Counted from the first letter of the stretch, positions 32,662 to 42,520 are shown. The stretch is 64,000 nucleotides of DNA from Bacteriovoracaceae bacterium (GCA_965217035.1 OZ244226.1:1098146-1162145), one strand, 5' to 3'. A program made the numbers and translations. Notes: generated by a model from the sequence alone, not told the origin.

Positions 32662-33423
32662 ATGGATGTAATGCAAATAACCGCTTTAGTATTGACCAAG
32701 AACGAGGAATCGAATATTTCTCGATGCCTGGCGTCCCTCGAACATGTCGATGAAATCCTTGTGGTCGACTCTGGGAGTACAGATCGTACCAAGGAAATCG
32801 CCAAAGTTTTTTCTAATGTCCGCCTTCTTGAGGTGAAATGGGAAGGCTTTACTCAAACAAAAATTAACGCCATCAAAGAAGCAAAACATGACTGGATCCT
32901 TTGGGTTGATGCGGATGAAGAATTAAGTAACCAGTTAAAACTAGAACTCTTACAATTAAAACTCAATGATCCGAAGTCTGTCTTTGAAATTCGTAGACAA
33001 AACTACTTTATGGACACCAAAGTTTTATTTTCAGGTTGGCAAAATGATTGGGTCGTCAGAATTTTCAATAGGAATGAGGCAAGCTTTAAAGAGAAACAAG
33101 TTCATGAAAGACTCGATTTCCATGGCGAAAAAATTCGATTAAAAAACCTTTTGAATCATTACACTTACAAAAACCTAAAAATTTATCTAGAAAAAATGGA
33201 TGATTACACGACTCTCGGAGCTCGTGACCGTCTTGGGAAGGTCAAAGTCCGACCTTACCAGTTTGCTATTAAACCTTTTGCTCGATTTATTCGTCACTAC
33301 TTTCTCCAGCTTGGAATCCTCGATGGGAAGGTGGGTTTGATCATCTCTTTGCTTTCCGCCCATAGTGTTTTCCTCAGGCTATTGAAAACCTATCGTCTCC
33401 AACTTGGCGAAACCATTGAATAA
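32662..33423 (+). CDS. LPS core GT2 (WaaE/KdtX-like); start may be 32671
   Basis: TKNEE, VDSGSTD, WVDADE, VHE, GILDG. Confidence 0.85.
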   Translation: MDVMQITALVLTKNEESNISRCLASLEHVDEILVVDSGSTDRTKEIAKVFSNVRLLEVKWEGFTQTKINAIKEAKHDWILWVDADEELSNQLKLELLQLKLNDPKSVFEIRRQNYFMDTKVLFSGWQNDWVVRIFNRNEASFKEKQVHERLDFHGEKIRLKNLLNHYTYKNLKIYLEKMDDYTTLGARDRLGKVKVRPYQFAIKPFARFIRHYFLQLGILDGKVGLIISLLSAHSVFLRLLKTYRLQLGETIE

Positions 33424-33469
33424 ACTGCCTGTTCGCGCTGAATCAATACTTATTTACTAAAATTAATAT

Positions 33470-34858
33470 GTGGATCAAATAAATGAAAATGAGCCCTCAA
33501 ATATTCTCGAGTCGTTAGTCCAACAAGAGAATATAGAGAAGCTCACAGAAATGTTAACGGAGATGCCAGTCGCTCAAGTCGTTGAGTTTCTCCAAGAAAA
33601 AAGCGATGAAGAGATTAATAAACTTTTCGATCTTCTCGACTATGAAACTCTTGGTAAAATCACCTCCGAACTCGACCTAGAAACTCAGCAAAGAATTTTC
33701 CGACATATGAACCACGCTAAGTTTGCGCGTATCTTTCAAAACATGTTCTCTGATGTCAGGGCCGATCTTTATCAAGAACTAGGCATTGATGAACAAACTG
33801 ATTTCATTCCTTATCTTGATAAAAAGACCCGTGAAGATGTTATTGCCTTAAGTGCTTATCCACCAGAAAAGGCTGGTGGGATTATGAATACAGATTTTGC
33901 AACTGTCTTAATCGATAGCACAGCTGAAGAAGCTATTGCAAAATTAAGACATGATGCCCCTTCTAAACAAATGATTTATTACCTTTATGTTGTAAACGAC
34001 CTGATGAAACTTCAAGGAATTCTAAGTTTAAAAGATCTTCTTTATGCCGATCCTAAAGAGAAGATTAAAGATCTCATCAACGAACTCTTTGTTTTTGCAA
34101 CCGTTTATGAAGACAGAGAGTCTGTTGCTAATAAAATTGAAAAGTATGACCTTGTGGCCATCCCTGTTCTCAATGACTACCAACAACTTGTTGGTATTGT
34201 TCACCATGATGATGCTCTCGATATTATTCGTGCCGAGCAAACAGAGGACATGGAAAAATTCATGGGGATTGTTCCGACCGAAGATGATATCGGTTATATG
34301 GACACTTCAACTCTTTATCACTTCAAAAAAAGAGTTATCTGGATTGTTTGCCTTGCCGCCGTCGGACTTGTGTCAGGAGTTATTATTCACCACTACCAGG
34401 GAATGCTTGAAAGCTTAATTATTCTGGCACTCTACATGCCCATGATGGCAGCAACAGGTGGTAATTCTGGTTCTCAAGCAGCGACAGTTGTTATTCGTGC
34501 TTCTGCTCTTGGAGAAATAAAAGACACTGATTGGTTGAAAATTGTTTTCAAGGAAGCGCGAATTTCCTTTTTGCTTTCTATTTGTGTGGCGATTTTAGTT
34601 TTTATTAAAATTGCTTATCTTTCTGCTTATATTGAAACTCCAGAAGGTTTCTCTCTTCCATTTATAGCTATGCTTATTTCAATCGCGATTGCTCTTCAAA
34701 TTATTTCTTCAGCAATGGTTGGAGCTGGACTTCCTTTGGTAGTAAAACGTTTTGGGGGCGATCCTGCCGTTGCAGCAAGTCCTGCTATTACAACGATCGT
34801 TGATATTACAGGTCTTCTCATTTATTTCGGTGTGGTTTCGACAGCTATTGGTTTATAA
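33470..34858 (+). CDS. mgtE: Magnesium transporter MgtE
   Basis: CBS pair (AGGIM, YYLYVV), GGNSGSQ, DPAVAASPAITTIVD. Confidence 0.95.
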   Translation: MDQINENEPSNILESLVQQENIEKLTEMLTEMPVAQVVEFLQEKSDEEINKLFDLLDYETLGKITSELDLETQQRIFRHMNHAKFARIFQNMFSDVRADLYQELGIDEQTDFIPYLDKKTREDVIALSAYPPEKAGGIMNTDFATVLIDSTAEEAIAKLRHDAPSKQMIYYLYVVNDLMKLQGILSLKDLLYADPKEKIKDLINELFVFATVYEDRESVANKIEKYDLVAIPVLNDYQQLVGIVHHDDALDIIRAEQTEDMEKFMGIVPTEDDIGYMDTSTLYHFKKRVIWIVCLAAVGLVSGVIIHHYQGMLESLIILALYMPMMAATGGNSGSQAATVVIRASALGEIKDTDWLKIVFKEARISFLLSICVAILVFIKIAYLSAYIETPEGFSLPFIAMLISIAIALQIISSAMVGAGLPLVVKRFGGDPAVAASPAITTIVDITGLLIYFGVVSTAIGL

Positions 34859-35499
34859 AAAATGAATTTAATGATCTTTGGAATAGGGAGTTTTCGATCA
34901 GAGGACGAGGAGAAAAACTCCTTGAACTTGCTGGTAAAGCAAGCATCCCGCTCGATATAAAAAAAATTCACCCACGATTAACCTTGACTAAACTACCCTA
35001 TGATTTCCAATACAAGATCGATGACTCTATTCGACTTTATGATGAAACTCCTGAAATACGGGAACAAATAATTAAGCACCTTGAGTCTTTAAATTTCACC
35101 TATCACGTAGGACTGGCAGAGGAGGTCACACCCTTACTTAATAAAAAATACGATCTCATGACAGATGTCTTTGGAGCGTTTTTTTACTCTGATAAGAGGT
35201 ATGAAATTCTTAGGCAAATGCATTCTAATCTCAATTTAAATGGAAAGGCATTCATTATGCTTAAAGACAGTTCAGTGGGAGTCAACGATCAAATTCTTTT
35301 AAAGAATGGAGAAACTCGAAATCTATTCGAATACTTAGCTGAAACTTATCCTGAAACTTTTCAGTACCACAAAGATAGTTTCTCTATGACCAAAACCTCA
35401 GATCAATTTCCTTTTCCCAAAGTTAAAGAACTTGAAAGAAGTTATAATGAAAGAAGGAACACCTTCTACCGACCAGAATTTCTCTTTAAGGAAATTTGA
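34859..35499 (+). pseudogene. Probable 5'-truncated SAM methyltransferase-like gene
   Basis: Frame of ORF 34984-35499 stays open back into the mgtE 3' end with no ATG/RBS before the TTG; YDLMTDVFG...LNLNGKAFI resembles the C-terminal half of a class I MTase. Confidence 0.4.
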
Positions 35500-35980
35500 T
35501 TACTTGATCATTCACGAGATCTTCAAAAGAAACACTATCTTCAAGTTCCTCTTCAGCATGAATACCGTGAATGAGACTAATTGCAGAATCTTCCTGCCCC
35601 CAAGAATAAGGTGATCCGAGATTGTCACAATATTCCTGAGCACCACTTTCATCATATTCAGGATAATAAAAATAAATTGTAGAAATAGCGTCACTACCAA
35701 CAGCACGACAATGACCAATAACAGCTGCCGACGTCGCACACTTTCCATCTTCATAAATATGGCCAGTGGGATCACTCCCTAATGACTCGCAAGTTGTTTC
35801 AATCTCTTCTTTTGTCACTGTTGCTGACCTGATCTCAAGACAAAGCCTTTGACCAGTATTGGCATTTTCTAGGTAACAAGCATGAGCAGCATCTGCAATT
35901 TCAACAAGCTCCTCTGGCTTACAAGCCGAAAGGACAAACAGAAGAGTCGAAGTAAAAATTATAAAATAGTAGAGCCTCAT
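35486..35980 (-). CDS. Cys-rich lipoprotein, unknown function
   Basis: Signal peptide with LSAC lipobox; six further Cys. Confidence 0.7.
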   Translation of the reverse strand: MRLYYFIIFTSTLLFVLSACKPEELVEIADAAHACYLENANTGQRLCLEIRSATVTKEEIETTCESLGSDPTGHIYEDGKCATSAAVIGHCRAVGSDAISTIYFYYPEYDESGAQEYCDNLGSPYSWGQEDSAISLIHGIHAEEELEDSVSFEDLVNDQVIKFP

Positions 35981-36146
35981 AGTCCGAAATCCTTACTAGT
36001 GAACAATAAATTCTCTTGATGCTTCTCGGTATCAAGCCCTTAATTGTTGAGATTTCGAACATTAAGATTTCTAAATTTGACATCTCGCCGTGAAATCTGT
36101 ATCTGAAGGAGTTCAAAACAATTTAAATGCCCTTGAGGAGCTAAAA

Positions 36147-36515
36147 ATGTACGGAATAGTAGAGATAAATGGTCATCAATATAAAGTTAAAGCTGGTGAT
36201 ATTGTTGATGTTGAAAGACTCGAGGGAGACGTTGATTCAACAGTAAGTTTTGATAATGTTCTTTTTACCGGTGGTGACAATATTCAGGTTGGAACTCCAA
36301 CAGTTGCTGGAGCAAAAGTTACGGCAAAAATCGTCAGACAAGCTCGTTCTCGTAAGCAAATTGTCCTTACTAGAAAGCCTGGTAAGTATGTTAAGAAAAA
36401 CGGACACAGACAACATTATACAGGTCTTTTCATCACTGAAGTTAATGATGGAAAAGGTGGTGTCGATACAGCAACACCAAAGAAAACTGCTAAAAAAGAA
36501 ACAAAAAAGGCATAA
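36147..36515 (+). CDS. rplU: 50S ribosomal protein L21
   Basis: GHQYKV, GHRQ; GAGGAG RBS before ATG 36147. Confidence 0.95.
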   Translation: MYGIVEINGHQYKVKAGDIVDVERLEGDVDSTVSFDNVLFTGGDNIQVGTPTVAGAKVTAKIVRQARSRKQIVLTRKPGKYVKKNGHRQHYTGLFITEVNDGKGGVDTATPKKTAKKETKKA

Positions 36516-36529
36516 TTTAGGAGAGAACT

Positions 36530-36784
36530 ATGGCTCATAAGAAATCAGGTGGTTCAACTAGTAACGGACGTGACTCGAATCCTAAGTATCGTGGTGTAAA
36601 AAAATACGGCGGTGAAACAGTTGCAACTGGAAACATCATCGTTCGACAGAAAGGAACAAAATTCCATCCAGGTGCTGGTGTTGGAATGGGGAAAGATTTC
36701 ACACTTTTCGCTCTAGCTGATGGTGTGGTGAAGTTTTCTCACTATAACAGAAACATGAAAATGGTTTCTGTTGTTTCTGCATAA
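36530..36784 (+). CDS. rpmA: 50S ribosomal protein L27
   Basis: [16 protein letters not shown]. Confidence 0.98.
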   Translation: MAHKKSGGSTSNGRDSNPKYRGVKKYGGETVATGNIIVRQKGTKFHPGAGVGMGKDFTLFALADGVVKFSHYNRNMKMVSVVSA

Positions 36785-36814
36785 AAATTAGTAAGACACT
36801 AATTATATTTTAGG

Positions 36815-36846
36815 AATGGAAGCTCTCAGGGCTTCCATTTTTTTTT
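36815..36846 (+). terminator. Intrinsic terminator between rpmA and obgE
   Basis: AATGGAAGC...GCTTCCATT stem followed by a T-run. Confidence 0.75.
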
Positions 36847-36848
36847 GT

Positions 36849-37850
36849 ATGAAGTTTATAGATGAAGTAGAAATTGAAATTAAATCAGGTGATGGCGGTC
36901 ATGGCTGTGTCAGTTACCGACGGGAGAAGTTTGTCCCTCGTGGTGGACCTGATGGAGGAAACGGTGGTCGTGGTGGTGACGTTTATTTCGAAGCAACTGA
37001 CCGACTCAATACTCTGGTAAATTTTAGAGGTAAGAAAAATTACTTTGCTCAAAACGGTGAACCTGGTGGCGGTAGTCAATGCGATGGAAAGTCAGGAGAG
37101 GATCTCATTATTTATGTTCCTGTTGGAACAATGATCTTTGATACAGAAACAGGTGATCTCCTTGCGGATCTTACTCATAATGAAGCTCGGCAAAAACTTG
37201 CTCAAGGAGGACGAGGAGGATTTGGGAATATGGAGTTCAAATCCTCTACCAATCAAACCCCTCAGTACGCTCAAGATGGAAAACCAGGACAACATTTTAA
37301 TGTAAAGCTAGAGCTCAAGCTAATTGCTGATATTGCTCTTGTCGGTCTTCCTAATGCCGGTAAATCAACCCTAATTTCTGTAATATCTGCTGCAAAACCA
37401 AAAATTGCTGACTACCCATTCACAACTCTTGAACCCAATCTTGGTGTTGTTGCTTTTCGAGAACAATCTTTAGTGGTTGCCGATATTCCGGGACTTATTG
37501 AAGACGCAGCAGAAGGGAAAGGTCTAGGTTTTAAGTTCTTAAAACATATTGAACGAACCAAGGTTTATCTGCATTTAATCGATTGCTCAATGCTTATTGA
37601 TGAATATGAGGCGGTGGAAAGTTATTCTATCATCAAGGCTGAGCTCTTAAAATTCAGTGAAAACCTTAGAAATAAAAAAGAAATCATCTGTTTAACGAAA
37701 ATTGACGCCATGTCAGAAGAAGAAATAGACAAATTCATCATGGCCATGGAAAAAGAAACAGATAAAAAAGTATTGGCGATATCCTCAGTTTCAGGAAAAA
37801 ACCTTGAGACATTAAAAGAGATAATGTTCCTAGCTTTGGACGGAGAATAA
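36849..37850 (+). CDS. obgE: GTPase ObgE/CgtA
   Basis: GGPDGGNGGRGG, GLPNAGKST, YPFTT, DIPG, TKID. Confidence 0.97.
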   Translation: MKFIDEVEIEIKSGDGGHGCVSYRREKFVPRGGPDGGNGGRGGDVYFEATDRLNTLVNFRGKKNYFAQNGEPGGGSQCDGKSGEDLIIYVPVGTMIFDTETGDLLADLTHNEARQKLAQGGRGGFGNMEFKSSTNQTPQYAQDGKPGQHFNVKLELKLIADIALVGLPNAGKSTLISVISAAKPKIADYPFTTLEPNLGVVAFREQSLVVADIPGLIEDAAEGKGLGFKFLKHIERTKVYLHLIDCSMLIDEYEAVESYSIIKAELLKFSENLRNKKEIICLTKIDAMSEEEIDKFIMAMEKETDKKVLAISSVSGKNLETLKEIMFLALDGE

Positions 37851-37851
37851 A

Positions 37852-38319
37852 ATGAGTAAAAATGCTTATATTGAAAATGAAGTAGCAAAGATCTTCGCGG
37901 AAAACGAAGACTACACTTTAAAGTCAGCAAAAGCTGCAGCTTGGATTCTTGCTCATTTTAAAGGCGTCAATCTCAAGATTTACAAGACTGCGACTCTAAA
38001 TCCACTTGCTGATTACTTTGTTCTTGGATCAGTTGAAAACAAGGTTCAAGCCGGAGCTGTTGCCGATGCAATCACAAGAGTTTTCAAAGATAAAGAACTC
38101 AAACTTAAAAGTGTTGAGGGAACTGATGAGGGAGAATGGATCTTAATTGATCTTGGCGACATCATTGTTCATGTTTTTCAAGAGACCACTCGAGATATTT
38201 TTGATCTTGATACGCTCTGGAAGACTTACCCTCAAATCGATATTCCAAACGAGTTTTATCATGCAACACCTGCTAGTGAGACTGAAAAGAAAGAAGATGA
38301 TCTTAAAAACTACTTCTAA
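37852..38319 (+). CDS. rsfS: Ribosome silencing factor
   Basis: ADYFV, WILIDLGDIIVHVF, FDLDTLW. Confidence 0.9.
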   Translation: MSKNAYIENEVAKIFAENEDYTLKSAKAAAWILAHFKGVNLKIYKTATLNPLADYFVLGSVENKVQAGAVADAITRVFKDKELKLKSVEGTDEGEWILIDLGDIIVHVFQETTRDIFDLDTLWKTYPQIDIPNEFYHATPASETEKKEDDLKNYF

Positions 38320-38768
38320 TGTTTGGAGCTGTTGAAATTGTTTGTGTCGGAAAGTATAGAGAGAAAAATCTCGAAAACCTTGAACTTCATTATTCAAAAC
38401 AATTAAAAAAACTTCATGTCACTGAATTAAAAAGTTTTGCCGAAGACGTTACTCGAGAACAAAAAGAAATCGAAACTTATCTAACTAAATTCACTTCCTC
38501 ACAGGTTTTTCTGCTGACGGAAAAAGGCAAAACATTCAAAGACTCTCTTGAGTTTTCTAACTTCTTGATGACCCAGAACGAAAAGACCTCAAAGTCTATT
38601 GTCTTTGTTATTTCTGGAGCCATTGGCTTTAGTGAAGAAATGAAGGCTAAGTACAACACCCTTTCTCTATCACCTTTAACGATGCCTCATAAGCTCTGTC
38701 GATTAGTTCTAGTAGAACAAATCTATAGGGCCCATACAATTCTAACGGGACATCCTTATCATAATTAA
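38319..38768 (+). CDS. rlmH: 23S rRNA m3Psi1915 methyltransferase
   Basis: VGK, LSLSPLTMPH, EQIYRA, GHPYHN; follows rsfS. Confidence 0.93.
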   Translation: MFGAVEIVCVGKYREKNLENLELHYSKQLKKLHVTELKSFAEDVTREQKEIETYLTKFTSSQVFLLTEKGKTFKDSLEFSNFLMTQNEKTSKSIVFVISGAIGFSEEMKAKYNTLSLSPLTMPHKLCRLVLVEQIYRAHTILTGHPYHN

Positions 38769-38781
38769 GTAAAATAAAACC

Positions 38782-39750
38782 ATGGGAAAATATGCAATCT
38801 TAACTAGCGGTGGTGATAGCCCTGGCATGAACTGTGCGATTCGAGCCTATACCAGAACTATGCTCTACCTCGGTCACGAAGTTATCGGAATCCAGAGAGG
38901 TTATAGTGGACTTCTCAATAAGGATTTTCTCAATCTCAACGCATCATCAGTTGGAAATATCATTCAACGCGGCGGAACCTTTCTCCAAAGCTCACGCTGT
39001 TTAAAATTCCATGAAAAGAAATTCAGAAAAGCTGCTGCCCAAAAACTAGAGGAAGAAAATATCAAAGGTCTTTGTGTTGTTGGCGGAGACGGTTCTTTTA
39101 AGGGAGCTTTTGCTCTTCATAACGACTTCAATGTCCCTGTTGTTGGAATTCCGGGTACTATCGATAACGATATCTCTGGAACGGAATATACTATTGGTCA
39201 TGATACTGCAGTACAAACTGCTGTAGAGGCTGTCGATAAAATTCGAGACACAGCTTTCTCCCATGACCGTGTTTTTCTTATTGAAGTCATGGGAAGAAAC
39301 TCAGCTTCACTCGCGCTCAAAGTCGGTCTTTGCACAGGAGCCGAAAACGTGATTGTCCCTGGCAATGAAATTCCCTATAAAGAAATCGCAGATAAGATTA
39401 AAAAAGGTGAAGAGAGAGGCAAGAAAGGCTCTATCCTTATCGTAGCCGAAGGTGGGAATGAAGGACGCTCATACAGTATTCAGAGCGAGCTTCAGAATCG
39501 TTTCAATATCAATTCCAAGGTTTGTATCCTTGGCCATATTCAAAGAGGAGGAAGTCCAAGTGCAATGGATAGACTCATTGCGACAGAAATGGGTGCACTT
39601 GCTGCAAAAGAACTGTTAGATTTCAAGAAACCAATGGTCACAACTTACACCAATGGCCAAGTGGGTCTTACACCTTTTCCACAGTGTCTTACAGGAAAAG
39701 AAGAATCATCGACGTCTGAAATCGAATTAACGAAGGTTTTATCAATTTGA
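38782..39750 (+). CDS. pfkA: ATP-dependent 6-phosphofructokinase
   Basis: TSGGDSPGMN, GGDGS, PGTIDND, EVMGR, GHIQRGG. Confidence 0.96.
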   Translation: MGKYAILTSGGDSPGMNCAIRAYTRTMLYLGHEVIGIQRGYSGLLNKDFLNLNASSVGNIIQRGGTFLQSSRCLKFHEKKFRKAAAQKLEEENIKGLCVVGGDGSFKGAFALHNDFNVPVVGIPGTIDNDISGTEYTIGHDTAVQTAVEAVDKIRDTAFSHDRVFLIEVMGRNSASLALKVGLCTGAENVIVPGNEIPYKEIADKIKKGEERGKKGSILIVAEGGNEGRSYSIQSELQNRFNINSKVCILGHIQRGGSPSAMDRLIATEMGALAAKELLDFKKPMVTTYTNGQVGLTPFPQCLTGKEESSTSEIELTKVLSI

Positions 39751-39905
39751 CGCTTATCGCTTCACATTTTATTAACATTTCCTTACATTAAATACTTTCT
39801 GTTTCCCATACTATGTAAGAAATCATATGTTGGGGCAGAAATGACACGAATTTCTCTCTCGAATCGGACTGAATTTTGAAGAGGAAGTTAACTAAAGGAA
39901 ACTCA

Positions 39906-41861
39906 ATGCCAAGAAAAAACACGTTGTTCTTAATTGTTCTTCTTTCTTTAACAATTTTTTTCATTGAAACAAGTAATGCCCAAGATTATGGAATTGGGAA
40001 CAAGCTTGAGTATCACGGTGGAACAACTCATGTTCGCCTTGGAGGAGGGGTTAATAAGAACTTCCCTCTTAAATACAAAAAAGTCTGCCTAGAGGAGCTT
40101 CAAGCCTATGACCCAGACTCCTCAGCAACAGGTAATACAAGCGATGACTCTGACGGTTTCGACACTATTTCATCGAGCTCTGCAGGAGTTCCCGAGACTT
40201 CATTCGATATTGAGTTCATTCAAGACACAGAGGAAATGCATAACCTATTAAGTATCTCAGGGCTTATTGCCGCTCAACTAAAGTTCCGTGGAAGAAAACT
40301 TCCTGGAATGAAACTTGATGCTCGTGGTGATAAAGAATTCAAGCTCAATGATACAACTTTAAATCTTGTTTTAAAGGTAAAATCAAACTTTGGTCGTCAA
40401 ATGGTTAAGAATGATACTCTTAAAGCAGATTACCAGGCCATGCTAGATAATGGTGAATATAAAAAATTTGAAAAATACTGTGGAACTCATTACGTTGCTT
40501 GGCAAAGAAGACAAGGTGTTGTTTCTGCAATACTTACAGTTAGTGATTTAACTGAAGAACAAAAGCAAAATCTAAGAGCATCTTTTGAAATTGGGAATCC
40601 ACCTGATAGCCGTTATGGAGATGATTATGACGGTAATGATGGTTGGGATGACGATAACAATGACGATAACAATGACGATAATAATGACGACTGGGATGAC
40701 GGCTGGGATGACGACTGGGACGATGACGATTGGAATGCAGCAAGGAATAACGTTGCAAGAGAGACAGAATTTACAGATCAACCACTTGATGACTTGATTG
40801 AGCAACCCTCTCAAAATAACAACAATAATAATCCACCAAAAACAACAGGTATTGGTGCAAGATTTAGTATTAATAACTTCTTAAATGCTGTTCGAAAGAT
40901 CGGTAAAAAAGCGACTCTTAAGTTTCATGCAAATGGAGGGGGTGGTCCTCAACATTTAGGAAAACTGGCAGCAGCTTTTAACGGTGGAAGGAATTCATTT
41001 CAGGATGTCTTAGAAGGTATTGGCTATTACCTTGAAAACTTTGGTTTTCATTCAGCTCCTCCTGTTGAATATTATCTTGTCCCATATTTTGATTATGAGA
41101 ATACTGAGACTGATATTGATCATGCAATGTTGAAAAGTACTTACTACTCTTTCGTAGACGTAGAAAATAATATGATTGCCATCAAAGAACACTTAAATAA
41201 GCTTTCTGTTGTAAGCGATAAAAAAGAGGTCGCTTATTTCAGGAAAAAACTTAAGGCCCTTGATGAAATCAGAACAGAACTTTGGGAAATCGGGCAAAAC
41301 ATTCTTGATGGCACAGTCTACAAGATGTCCGATCTACCAAGGATTCCTCGAATCAACTGGAGTAAATTTATCCCACAGGTGAAAGGTTTAAAGTTTAGCT
41401 TCAACTGCTATTCCCAAAGCTCACGAACGAAATGTGGCGCTCCAAAAAATCTCTTTAATCCTCCTGCATACTGGGCAGCAACCTTTGATTTAAGTGGAAG
41501 GATCACACTCCCACATAAAATAAAATCAATAACATTAGCCTTAAATGGAAGAACTAAAAAAAGAAGAATTGCTACTATCGAGAATGGTGATTCGATCAGA
41601 GGTGATGACTCAACTCAAGAGTTCAACGTTAATAATAGAGGAATGATTACAATCCAAGCCGCAAAGATGACTCTAAAAAAATATAGAGATCGTTATATTC
41701 AATTCATGGACGATCAAAGAAGAATCCCAAAAGGAACTCTCCTTATCACTCTTAAAAGTGGTCAAGTTATGGAGATTCCTCTTGGAAGACCAAAGATGAT
41801 TGGAAACCACGGAAAGTGGAAACTTCCAAAGCTCAAAGGTACACGCTCAAACTTATTCTAA
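39906..41861 (+). CDS. Secreted protein with MACPF/CDC-like signature (paralogue A)
   Basis: AAGGA RBS, signal peptide, LGGG..C N-terminal motif, FEKYCGTHYV motif and later GGGG; internal acidic repeat. Confidence 0.6.
   Translation: MPRKNTLFLIVLLSLTIFFIETSNAQDYGIGNKLEYHGGTTHVRLGGGVNKNFPLKYKKVCLEELQAYDPDSSATGNTSDDSDGFDTISSSSAGVPETSFDIEFIQDTEEMHNLLSISGLIAAQLKFRGRKLPGMKLDARGDKEFKLNDTTLNLVLKVKSNFGRQMVKNDTLKADYQAMLDNGEYKKFEKYCGTHYVAWQRRQGVVSAILTVSDLTEEQKQNLRASFEIGNPPDSRYGDDYDGNDGWDDDNNDDNNDDNNDDWDDGWDDDWDDDDWNAARNNVARETEFTDQPLDDLIEQPSQNNNNNNPPKTTGIGARFSINNFLNAVRKIGKKATLKFHANGGGGPQHLGKLAAAFNGGRNSFQDVLEGIGYYLENFGFHSAPPVEYYLVPYFDYENTETDIDHAMLKSTYYSFVDVENNMIAIKEHLNKLSVVSDKKEVAYFRKKLKALDEIRTELWEIGQNILDGTVYKMSDLPRIPRINWSKFIPQVKGLKFSFNCYSQSSRTKCGAPKNLFNPPAYWAATFDLSGRITLPHKIKSITLALNGRTKKRRIATIENGDSIRGDDSTQEFNVNNRGMITIQAAKMTLKKYRDRYIQFMDDQRRIPKGTLLITLKSGQVMEIPLGRPKMIGNHGKWKLPKLKGTRSNLF
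40620..40735 (+). repeat. Coding tandem repeat, 12-bp units (GACGATAACAAT x3, GACGACTGGGAT-like x3)
   Basis: Encodes GWDDDNNDDNNDDNNDDWDDGWDDDWDDDDWN. Confidence 0.9.
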
Positions 41862-41867
41862 ATAATT

Positions 41868-41895
41868 TATGACCAGGTCAAACGACCTGGTCATA
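41868..41895. terminator. Perfect 12-bp inverted repeat at a convergent junction (bidirectional terminator)
   Basis: TATGACCAGGTC-AAAC-GACCTGGTCATA followed by CTTTTT. Confidence 0.7.
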
Positions 41896-42387
41896 CTTTT
41901 TATCTTCACTCCCCTCTTTTATGATCTCACTTAACGAAATGGTTTTAATGAAATCATCAGAATCTTCTGCTATTAAAACTCCAGACTTTTCCAAACATAA
42001 AGATTGAAATTGAGGAGTTATCGAGTGGAAATAGAAACTTCCATCAGCCTTAATTTTTCCACTTGCAAAGCATTCATGAATATTTTTTAAAGGAATGACA
42101 TCAGCGAGGGCCCAAAAAAGAATGAGTGTAGGTATTTCAAACCAAGAAACTTGATCAACCTGCAAGGTTCTAGAGTCTTCATCCTCTAAACAAATCACGT
42201 AACGACGATTCGAGACTTTTATTCCACAAGATTTCGTAAAATATATTATTTTTTCTTTAAGAAGACGGTTATTCTTGCCAAAACCAACAACCTCAAGACC
42301 CGGCATTCCCTTTGTTGAATATCCAAAAACTTTAAAGGTTCTCAATTGGTTCTCAATAACTTGAAATGAATTAATATAAGTCTGCAT
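41878..42387 (-). CDS. Stand-alone ComM/YifB N-terminal (ChlI/Lon-C-like) domain protein
   Basis: GMPGLEVVG, LKEKI, RRYVICL, FEIP, SGKIKADG match the ComM N-domain pattern; no AAA+ domain. Confidence 0.6.
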   Translation of the reverse strand: MQTYINSFQVIENQLRTFKVFGYSTKGMPGLEVVGFGKNNRLLKEKIIYFTKSCGIKVSNRRYVICLEDEDSRTLQVDQVSWFEIPTLILFWALADVIPLKNIHECFASGKIKADGSFYFHSITPQFQSLCLEKSGVLIAEDSDDFIKTISLSEIIKEGSEDKKYDQVV

Positions 42388-42520
42388 TTCTTAGAAATAA
42401 CGACTCATTAGTTTTTTGAGAATTTTTAAATCTTATTTTTCACTTTCGAAATATAAGATTTTGTAGAAAAATTTTCTTCTAGCAAGAAGAACAAAGCGAG
42501 AAGGAAATTTAGCACAAAAT

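Noticed and set aside
32635..33469. SAM/cobalamin riboswitch before metH or M-box before mgtE
   Set aside because: Intergenic gaps of 27 and 46 bp are too short.
36090..36146. N-terminal extensions in the ORF track (rplU; likewise obgE, metH, rmlA, arfB, manC)
   Set aside because: Downstream ATGs match the family N-termini, RBS positions or stop-start overlaps better.
40620..40735. Tandem repeat as a possible CRISPR array
   Set aside because: 12-bp in-frame units with no spacers, and no cas genes in the window.
40540..40814. Repetitive alternative-frame ORFs (RHPS/RHCY; VIVIVI; MTIT)
   Set aside because: Shadows of the Asp-rich coding repeat in 39906-41861.
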